Position numbers and translations under genes: made by a program. The notes beneath the pieces are model-generated. The model saw nothing but the letters and a program-made list of their open reading frames with translations, ran no database searches and was not told the DNA's origin. Below are positions 40,870-48,446 of a DNA stretch of 64,000 nucleotides, one piece after another. Source of the stretch: an uncultured delta proteobacterium (lineage in GTDB: Bacteria; Myxococcota_A; Polyangia; Polyangiales; Polyangiaceae); contig CAWAIF010000003.1 in assembly GCA_963782055.1 (NCBI GenBank), forward strand, positions 1,952,001 to 2,016,000, in the 5' to 3' direction. Each line of letters opens with the position of its first letter. Positions within the stretch are counted from its first letter, which is position 1.

Positions 40870-42906
40870 GTGCGCCGTGAAGAAGCAGGTCGTCCGTCGG
40901 GCATGCCCGACGAACGACCTGCCTCAAGCTGCGCTTCTCCAGCGGGTGAGAGTCCCGCACCGGTAAGCGTCGGAGCGCCGGGTAGCAGGCCCCAGCCGAG
41001 CGGGAGAGATCCCGTCGGCCGAGCGGGGCGTCGAAAGGGTCCACGGACCGAGCGAGCACGCGGGCCGCAACATGAAGTGAAGCTTGCAGCCTCGTCAGAT
41101 CTACAAACCGGGAGCCGAGCCGATCATGTCGCGGCGAAGGCAATATCGGCGGCGCCAGATCCGAAACGCGCCGTCGGTCCCGGCGGGGTAGGGAGCGCAG
41201 CACGCGTGCAAGGAGGAGTGCGGAACTCGGGAGGCCCGTCTGCGTCGCCCTCGTCGGGGCAAGGCGCGTCGTATAAGCCAGAGGCGAAGTCGGCCGCTGC
41301 GCAGCGGGAGTCCGAGGGGGTCACTGTACCGAAGAGCGAGGCGCGAGCTTCGCGAACGAACGCCGTGAAGAACAACGCGGCAGGAGGGAAAGACCCCTGC
41401 AGTGGTCGTGTCGGCGGAGCAGGTAAGCGCGAGGGCATGGCCGGCGAGACCGGTCCCAACCACCCCCATCGGCGACAGCCCATGGACAAAGTGCGACAAC
41501 TGCAACGCCGGCTGTGTGCCGCGGCCAAGCGGCATCCGGAGCGCCGATTCCACGCGCTGTATGACCGCATCGCGAGGCGTGACGTCCTCGCGGAAGCGTG
41601 GAAGCGGGTAAGGAGGAACAAGGGAGCCGCGGGCGTCGATGCCCAGACGATCGCGGCGCTCGAGGTGTACGGAGTGGATCGACTCCTCGGAGAGATCCAT
41701 GACGTGCTCCGTGCAGGCAGGTACCGGCCGGCAGCGGTGCTGCGCCGGTACATCCCGAAGGCCGATGGGAAGAAGCGGCCGCTTGGGATCCCGACGGTCC
41801 GAGACCGGGTGGTGCAGATGGCGACGAAGCTCGTGCTGGAGCCGATCTTCGAGGCGAGCTTTCGCTCGTGCTCGTACGGCTTCCGTATCGGGCGGAGCGC
41901 GACGGACGCCCTGGAGACGCTGAGGAAGCTCGGCGCGAAGGGGTACAACCACGTGCTCGACGCCGACATCCGTGACTACTTCGGGAGCATCGATCACGAC
42001 AAGCTGATGAAGCTCGTCGAGCGGCGCATCTCGGACCGGAGGGTGCTCAAGCTGCTGCGGCAGTGGCTCACGGCGGGGGTGATGGACGAAGGCACGGTGA
42101 CCAACCCCTCCAGCGGCACGCCGCAGGGCGGGGTGATCTCGCCGCTGCTCTCGAACATCTACCTCGCCGTGCTCGACGACGTGTGGACGAAGCGGTGCGC
42201 GCATCTTGGCGAGCTGGTTCGTTATGCGGACGACTTCGTCGTGATGTGCAGGACGAAGCGTGACGTCGACGAGGCCGAGCTTCGCGTGAAGCACGTGATG
42301 ACGCGACTCGGGCTCGAGCTGCACCCGGACAAGACGAGGAAGCTGGACCTCTCCTGGGGTAAGAAGGGGTTCGACTTCCTCGGCTGCCACCTGCGGAAAC
42401 GCTTGAGCGGGTCCATCTGGGAGAGGTCGCGCAAACGCGTGTACTTCCTCCAGCGCTGGCCATCGGCTCGCGCGATGAAGCGGATCCGGCAGCGCGTGAG
42501 GGACCTCACCCCGCGATCACGCTGCCACGCGGACCTGCGCGACGTCGTCGCGCAGCTCAACCCCGTGCTGCGTGGCTGGGGCGAGTACTTTCGCACCGGG
42601 AACGCCGACGTGAAGTTCAACCGACTCGACGAGTACGTGTACGAACGGCTTCGAGCGCTGCGCCTGAAACGGGCCGGCTCGAAGCTCAAGGCCGGACAAG
42701 CCGAGCGCTGGACCCGCGACTACTTCGTCGAAGGCTTCGGGCTCCACCGCCTGCGCGGGACCATCCGCTACCCGGAGGCCGCGTAATGCCGCGTCACGAG
42801 AGACCACCGGTAAGCCGTGTGCGGGAAATCCGCACGCACGGTTTGAGAGGGGGTCTTGACTCCAACCGCCGCCGTAGGGCGGCCAAGGTGTAAGGATCTA
42901 CCAATG
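40870..42906 (+). mobile_element. Group II intron copy 1 (RT-encoding, no endonuclease domain), inserted directly after a host ATG
   Basis: 5' GTGCG; GGTGAGAGTCC domain I motif; domain V AAGCCGTGTGCGGGAAATCCGCACGCACGGTTT at 42812-42844 (AGC triad); domain VI with bulged A42900. Ends defined by the repeat with copy 2. Confidence 0.95.
41482..42786 (+). CDS. ltrA: Group II intron reverse transcriptase/maturase (copy 1)
   Basis: NKGAAGVD, YIPK.DGKKRPLGIPTVRDRVVQ, SYGFR, DADIRDYF, GTPQGGVISPLLSNIYL, RYADD, FDFLG, LNPVLRGWGEYF; no C-terminal HNH. Alternative in-frame starts at 41437 and 40867. Confidence 0.97.
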   Translation: MDKVRQLQRRLCAAAKRHPERRFHALYDRIARRDVLAEAWKRVRRNKGAAGVDAQTIAALEVYGVDRLLGEIHDVLRAGRYRPAAVLRRYIPKADGKKRPLGIPTVRDRVVQMATKLVLEPIFEASFRSCSYGFRIGRSATDALETLRKLGAKGYNHVLDADIRDYFGSIDHDKLMKLVERRISDRRVLKLLRQWLTAGVMDEGTVTNPSSGTPQGGVISPLLSNIYLAVLDDVWTKRCAHLGELVRYADDFVVMCRTKRDVDEAELRVKHVMTRLGLELHPDKTRKLDLSWGKKGFDFLGCHLRKRLSGSIWERSRKRVYFLQRWPSARAMKRIRQRVRDLTPRSRCHADLRDVVAQLNPVLRGWGEYFRTGNADVKFNRLDEYVYERLRALRLKRAGSKLKAGQAERWTRDYFVEGFGLHRLRGTIRYPEAA

Positions 42907-43560
42907 TCGCACTGGGAGCACCGACCCGAGCCGAAGTGGCGTGAGTTCAAGTTCAACCAGCCGTACGCGAAGGGGCTGAAGCGCCTGCGCGAGGAGGTCC
43001 TCGCCAAGACCGACTTCGACCCCGCGACGCTCTGGCAGTGGGGGACGATGCAGGCGATGGCGCTGATCGAGGTGCTCAAGTCCTGCGAGGCGACCTTCGG
43101 CGCGGAGGGGCAGAAGCTGGTGCAGGACGCGCTCCATCGCGTCGGTCAGGACGTCGGCCGGCAGATCCTGGAGGGTGTGGAGATCCCAGACGACCTGACC
43201 GAGACCGAGTTCATCTCCTTCTACGCCACGGTCATCAACCGCATCCCGTACGCCTCGCTGGAGGCGCCGCGCATCGACGCCGAGGGCAAGGCGACCTTCG
43301 ACATCCTCTGGTGCCCGCACCAGGACCACTACGGCGCCTTCGACTGCCGCGTGCAGCGCTACTTCGTGCAGGGGATGATCGACGCCGCGCGCGAGCACGC
43401 CGCGGGCTTCGGCTTCGAGGTGCGCTTTGACACGACGATCCCGTCGGGGTCGCCGACGTGCCACTTCACGATGTGGAAGCCGACGGAGGAGGAGCGCGCC
43501 GCGTGGGAGGGCACGACGAAGCTGATCGAGGACAAGGCGCTCGCCCGCGCGAAGCGGTAG
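42904..43560 (+). CDS. Hypothetical protein, host of intron copy 1 (V4R/ATC-hydrolase-like Cys pattern); pre-insertion ATG at 40867
   Basis: MSHWEHRP...; WCPH...DC......GM...F.TTIPSG...CHF; ATG supplied by the intron 3' end. Confidence 0.8.
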   Translation: MSHWEHRPEPKWREFKFNQPYAKGLKRLREEVLAKTDFDPATLWQWGTMQAMALIEVLKSCEATFGAEGQKLVQDALHRVGQDVGRQILEGVEIPDDLTETEFISFYATVINRIPYASLEAPRIDAEGKATFDILWCPHQDHYGAFDCRVQRYFVQGMIDAAREHAAGFGFEVRFDTTIPSGSPTCHFTMWKPTEEERAAWEGTTKLIEDKALARAKR

Positions 43561-43563
43561 CGC

Positions 43564-45402
43564 TCAGTGCACCAGCCCCTGCCGGAATGCGTCCACGATC
43601 CCCGCGATCGCCGGGCGGTAGCCGTACAGCGGGTCGTTCGGCTGCGTCTCGGTGACGTGGATCGGGCAGATGGATGACACGCTCGCCTGTGCGCCCAGCG
43701 CGTGCGCCAGCGCCAGCTCGCGGATGGTGGGGTAGGCCTTGCCGCGGAGCTGGAGCGTCGGCGTCTTCTCGTCGCAGAGGGGGGAGCCGTGCGCCTTGTT
43801 CTGCGCGCAGTCGCACACCGCGCCCAGGTTGGGGTCGTTGCAGTCGCGCGGGGCGGCGAGCGGGAAGGTGCATGCAAACTGCAAGAACTGGCCACCGCTG
43901 TCCCACTCGCGGCCGTGGATGGGGTCCGCAGTGTCCGACGCGCTCGGCGGCGGCAGGCCGGGGCGCGGGGTGATGCTCTCCAGCATGTGCGGGTCCTCCC
44001 CGGTGAAGTCGTAGGCGAGGGGATCTTTGCCCAGGATCTTCTGCCAGTCGGCCTCGGTGAGGGTGTCCTTCTGCGGACTCTGGGGGTTCGTCGGGTCGAC
44101 CTGCAGGAGCTGGTGCGGCACGCCCCCGATGACGGCGAAGAAGACGAGCTTGGGCGAGCGCGGGCCCGGCGGGAGATTGCACAGCTCCTCGCTCGGCGTC
44201 GCCGGCAGCGCCCCGGCGAAGATGGGGTTGGTGCAGTTCTTCTGGCCGACGTAGTCGAAGGAGCCGCCCGGGTGCTCGCCCTCGCGGTCCGGCACCGTGG
44301 TCGACGTGAGGCCGTCGACGTAGCGCGAGAGCGGGTACTGCGGGTCCACGCCGAAGCGCTGCTTCAGGTGGAACATGCGCACGTTGGGCGGGTCCTCGCT
44401 GGAGGTGTAGAAGCCGCCGCCGATGGCGCAGTTGGGATCGCTCGATCCACCTGTGCACGGACGGCACTGGGGAGAGAGCGGGTCGGTCGCGCACGCGCTG
44501 GTAGGGCGCGGGTCGCCGCCGCCGGAGGAGCCGGGATAGGTGGAGTTGAGGTAGGCCCACGCGTGGCCGCCGAGGGCGCGCGGGTCGATCTGCGAGTCGT
44601 TCTCGTCGCTGACGACGATGACCCCGAGCAGGGAGTCGGGCCGAAGGAAGTCGTGGCGCTGCTGCAGGATGGTGGAGTCGACGCCGGAGAAGGTGGCGAT
44701 GTCGCCCTGCCGCACGATCTCGGCGTAGGGGTCGGGCTGCACCAGGAAGCGGTACCAGCTCTCGAGCTGGCCCTCGAAGCCACACCCGAACTCGCCCAGC
44801 CCGGTGACCAGATCCTGGAAGCGCGCGACGAGCTGCGCCGGGTCGGAGATGGCGGTGACCGGCGGCTTGGGGTTGCCCCTGTTGGCGTCCACGTCGGGGA
44901 ACCAGGCGAGGAAGTTGTCCGGCGAGGCCTCCGGCACGGCCTCGTCCTGCGGCGCCTTGCGGTTGACCAGGTGTCCCTGGTCGTCGTTGTGGCGCAGCAG
45001 GGCAGGGTTCTGCGGGTTGGGCGAGCCGGCGTCGCACTCGTCGGACCCCATGCCGCCGAGCGACGAGGTGACGATGGCGATGTGGATGTCGGGCACCGGC
45101 TTGAACTCCAGCTTGCCCACCTGGCACTTGCCGTCCACCGAGTCGCCGACGATGGCGTTGCTCGCGTCCACGCACTTCGGGCGGATGAGGCGGTCGAGCA
45201 GGTCCGGCACCGCCTGCCGCAGGAGCTCCTGCTTGTCCCCCATCGACCCCGAGTTGTCGATCATGAAGAGCAGGTCCACCTTGCCGCTCACCGAGAGCGG
45301 GCCGGCGTCGACCTCCGTCCTGTGATCCGGCGCGAGCAGGCCGGTGCGCGCACCGCACGCGACGACCAGCAAGGCCAACCCCACCACCAAGCCAAGGCGC
45401 AT
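43564..45402 (-). CDS. Myxobacterial Cys-rich lipoprotein with VWA-like domain
   Basis: Lipobox LVVAC; KVDLLFMIDNSGSMGDKQ, GCGFE.QLES, FLRPDSLLGVIVVSDEND. Confidence 0.8.
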   Translation of the reverse strand: MRLGLVVGLALLVVACGARTGLLAPDHRTEVDAGPLSVSGKVDLLFMIDNSGSMGDKQELLRQAVPDLLDRLIRPKCVDASNAIVGDSVDGKCQVGKLEFKPVPDIHIAIVTSSLGGMGSDECDAGSPNPQNPALLRHNDDQGHLVNRKAPQDEAVPEASPDNFLAWFPDVDANRGNPKPPVTAISDPAQLVARFQDLVTGLGEFGCGFEGQLESWYRFLVQPDPYAEIVRQGDIATFSGVDSTILQQRHDFLRPDSLLGVIVVSDENDSQIDPRALGGHAWAYLNSTYPGSSGGGDPRPTSACATDPLSPQCRPCTGGSSDPNCAIGGGFYTSSEDPPNVRMFHLKQRFGVDPQYPLSRYVDGLTSTTVPDREGEHPGGSFDYVGQKNCTNPIFAGALPATPSEELCNLPPGPRSPKLVFFAVIGGVPHQLLQVDPTNPQSPQKDTLTEADWQKILGKDPLAYDFTGEDPHMLESITPRPGLPPPSASDTADPIHGREWDSGGQFLQFACTFPLAAPRDCNDPNLGAVCDCAQNKAHGSPLCDEKTPTLQLRGKAYPTIRELALAHALGAQASVSSICPIHVTETQPNDPLYGYRPAIAGIVDAFRQGLVH

Positions 45403-45456
45403 GGGGATAGAGATGGCGCATGGGCGGCGGGGCGCAAGCCCAAAGCGCCGCCGCGG

Positions 45457-47643
45457 TCACTCGATGTCGTCCGGGCCGTCGTAGATCCCGTCGTCGTCCT
45501 CGCCGCTCCCGTCCTCGCTGCTGCGGTAGCGGTCGAGGAGATCGCGGTGATCCCGCGCGGCGGCGCCGCCCATGTCCTCCAGCGCATCGGCGGCGGCTCG
45601 CTTGACGTCGGCGGAGGCGTCGTCGCGCAGCAAGACGTCCACCAGGGCCGACTGCGCCTTGTCGTCGCCGAGCTGGGCCAGATACCGGATGCTGCTCTGT
45701 TGCACCTGGGGGTCGCTGTCCTTGACGCCCTCCAGCAGGACGCGCTCGTTGGCGTCGCCGCCGAGAGAGCTCGCGGTGGTCACCGCGGTGAGGCGCAGCG
45801 CCGGATCGTCGGAATGGATGTCGCGGTCGGCCGCGGCGGCGGCGCGCTCGGGGCTGGACTGCGCCAGCGCGTACATCGCGGCGCGCGAGACGTTGGGATC
45901 CTTGTCCAGGGCGAGCTGCTCGAGCTGGGAGGAGGCGGCGCCGCTGTGCACGCGCCCCAGGGAGCGGATGGAGGTGAGGCGCGTGGAGAGGTCGCTATCG
46001 TGCGTCCCGTCGATGAGGGCGCGCTCGGCGTCCGGGCCGCCCACCATCGCCAGGCCGTTCAGGGCGCTGCGTCGCACGCCCGCGTCCTTGTCGTGGAGCG
46101 CGGCCACGAACACCGGCGCCGTCTTGGGGTCGCCGCTGCCGCCCAGCGCGGTGAGGGCCTGCGCCCGTGTCGCCGGCTCGCCGGTGCGCGCCAGGTCCTC
46201 GACGGCCTGGATGGCGACCGCGTCGCCCTGCTGGATGAGCGCGTTCATCGCCTGCGTCCTCATCGTCTGGCCGCCGCCGCGCGCCACCTGGATCAGGGCG
46301 TCGCGCGCCTCCGGCGTGCCGTCCTGGGCGAGCAGGTTGAGCGCGACGGAGCCGCCGTCGCCCCCCTGGTCCCTGGCGAGGTCGATCGCGAGCTTGCGCG
46401 CCTCCTCCTTGCCGCCGGGCATACCCATGAGCTGCTGGAGCGCCGTCGCCTGCTGGGGACCGGACGCGCGCGCCACCCCGGCCACCGCGTCGCGCGCGGC
46501 GTCGCCGCCGATGTTCGCCAGGGCGTTCAGCGCGTTGCCCGCCGCGCCGGGCGAGCCGTGGCGCACCATGTCGGTGAGCGTGCCGACCGCGGAGGTGTCG
46601 TGGCGGTTGCCGAAGAAGTTGGCGGCGGTCGCGGCGATCTGCGCGTCGCTCGAGGACAGGCCTCGGATCATCGCGCCACGCACGTCGTCGCCGTCCAGCG
46701 TGGACATCGCCTGGAAGGCGTACAGGGACCTGTCGTGATCGGCGCCGCCGGCGATCTGCACCAGGAGCGCGCGCGAGGCGTCGTCGCCCACCCGGGCGAG
46801 AGCGTTGGTAGCGACGGCCACCTCGCCGCGGGTGCCGTGCTGCGCGGCGTCGCCGAGCACCTGCACCGCCGCCGCGCCGCCGAGGTCTCCCAGCGCGCGC
46901 AGGGCGGACTGGCGCGCCTCGGCGGTGCCGCCCTTCGCCACGGCGCAGAGCACGGGTACCGCTGCGGCGTCGTGGGTGGCGCCGAGGGCGGCGATGAGCT
47001 CCGCCTGCGACTCGCCGGTCTCGGTCTTCAGCGCGTCCTCGATGAGGCCGGACGCCTCCGCCACGTGCGCGTTGCCCAGGGCGAGCAGGGCGGCGAGCCG
47101 CGTGTCGTGGTCCCCCGTCTTCGCGGCGGTGAGGACCATCTGGTGCGCCTCGGGGTCGTCCAGCGACGCCAGGGAGGCCAGAGCGGCGTCGCGGACATCG
47201 GGGTTCTTGTCGCCGATGAGCTCGCCCAGCCAGCTCTTGGCGGCGCCGTTGTGGACCTGACCGAGGGCGGTGGCCGCGCATAGGCGGACGGGCTGCGGCT
47301 GCTTCGCGTCCGTCCGATCGGTGATGGCGCTGGTGGCCTCCTGATCGTCGGTGGCGTTGGGCGCCAGGGCGTAGAGCGCATCGCACACCTTCGACGGGGA
47401 GCGGGCCGCGCGCAGCGCCTCGACCTGGGTGCCGACGTGGGCGGCGGGCGTGTCGTCCTGCGTGGCGTCTCCGGCGCCGAAGAAGCCGAACCATCCCCCG
47501 CCGCTCTTCGCCCGTACATGTGGGGAAGAGGACGCCTTGGTGCCCGCCCCGGCGTGGGCGTGGTCCTTCGCCGGGTGCAGGGCGAAGAAGGCAGCGGCCC
47601 CCACGGCGGCGAACGTCGAGATTTTCCAGGCGCGGGTGCCCAT
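45457..47643 (-). CDS. HEAT-repeat protein with N-terminal hydrophobic anchor
   Basis: Many L.D.D..VR..A..AL repeats; acidic C-terminus. Confidence 0.85.
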   Translation of the reverse strand: MGTRAWKISTFAAVGAAAFFALHPAKDHAHAGAGTKASSSPHVRAKSGGGWFGFFGAGDATQDDTPAAHVGTQVEALRAARSPSKVCDALYALAPNATDDQEATSAITDRTDAKQPQPVRLCAATALGQVHNGAAKSWLGELIGDKNPDVRDAALASLASLDDPEAHQMVLTAAKTGDHDTRLAALLALGNAHVAEASGLIEDALKTETGESQAELIAALGATHDAAAVPVLCAVAKGGTAEARQSALRALGDLGGAAAVQVLGDAAQHGTRGEVAVATNALARVGDDASRALLVQIAGGADHDRSLYAFQAMSTLDGDDVRGAMIRGLSSSDAQIAATAANFFGNRHDTSAVGTLTDMVRHGSPGAAGNALNALANIGGDAARDAVAGVARASGPQQATALQQLMGMPGGKEEARKLAIDLARDQGGDGGSVALNLLAQDGTPEARDALIQVARGGGQTMRTQAMNALIQQGDAVAIQAVEDLARTGEPATRAQALTALGGSGDPKTAPVFVAALHDKDAGVRRSALNGLAMVGGPDAERALIDGTHDSDLSTRLTSIRSLGRVHSGAASSQLEQLALDKDPNVSRAAMYALAQSSPERAAAAADRDIHSDDPALRLTAVTTASSLGGDANERVLLEGVKDSDPQVQQSSIRYLAQLGDDKAQSALVDVLLRDDASADVKRAAADALEDMGGAAARDHRDLLDRYRSSEDGSGEDDDGIYDGPDDIE

Positions 47644-47814
47644 CGTTCTCCGTACGGTCGTACGCTCGGCGAAGATCTCTTCTTCCGCCGGCGTCAGGCG
47701 ATCGAGAGGACAGCAGACGGCCCGCCGGGTTCCCGGACGCTCCTCCTTTGACCACACGCCGGGCGCCGGCTTGGACCTCCCCGTCGCCGGCGGGAGCGGC
47801 TACCCTGGGCTGGA

Positions 47815-48375
47815 ATGGATGCGATGGGTGGCGAGCGAGGGGCAGAGCGCCGCACGACCCGTGGGGTGCGCTTCGTGCCCCTCATCGAGATGCCCTGCAT
47901 GGTCTCCGGCATCTGGCGCCGCTTCGGTGTCCACGTCTTCGAGGGCAAGGTCACCCTGGAGGACATGGCCCGCATCGAGCAGGCGAGCGAAGCGTGGCAC
48001 GCCAAGATCCCCGGCAAGCTGGTGGAGCTGGTGGTCGTCATCCCCAGCGGCGCCAAGATGACGAGCGACGAGCGCAAGAAGATGGCGCACATCATCCGCC
48101 GCTGGGAGAACACGCGGACCGCCTCCGCCACGGTGATCCTCGCGCAGGGCCTCGTGGGCGCCATGCACCGCAGCGTCCTCACCGGGATGCAGATGCTCGC
48201 CCCCGCGCCCCACCCGCAGTCGGTGTTCGGCAACGTGCCCGACGCCCTGCTCTGGCTTTGCCCACATGTACGTGACGCGTGCCAGGCCGCCGTCGAGCCG
48301 GAGGACCTGGTGGCGGGCGTCGACGCGCTGACCGAGAGCTTCGCCGCGCGCCCCGAGAAGGCCCCGCTGGTCTAG
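47815..48375 (+). CDS. Hypothetical protein (STAS/SEC14-like small domain)
   Basis: ATVILAQGLVGAMHRSVLTGM...P.P..VF.....A..WL pattern. Start uncertain. Confidence 0.6.
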   Translation: MDAMGGERGAERRTTRGVRFVPLIEMPCMVSGIWRRFGVHVFEGKVTLEDMARIEQASEAWHAKIPGKLVELVVVIPSGAKMTSDERKKMAHIIRRWENTRTASATVILAQGLVGAMHRSVLTGMQMLAPAPHPQSVFGNVPDALLWLCPHVRDACQAAVEPEDLVAGVDALTESFAARPEKAPLV

Positions 48376-48446
48376 GTCGTTCCTTGCTCCAGCCCCGCGG
48401 ATGTGCTGGGCTTGATGAGGGCACCAATCTCAGCAGGAGGGCTGCC

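Noticed and set aside
41482..42786. Retron, DGR or CRISPR-associated RT
   Set aside because: A maturase X domain and complete group II RNA ends are present; no msr/msd, TR/VR pair or cas genes are visible.
42812..42844. Class IIC terminator-targeting intron
   Set aside because: Domain V has an AGC rather than CGC triad, and no terminator hairpin precedes either insertion site.
42856..42903. N-terminal extension MTPTAAVGRPRCKDLP on both host genes in the ORF track (also 52610-52657)
   Set aside because: It is intron domain VI sequence read from a TTG; the host ORFs start at ATG 42904 and 52658.
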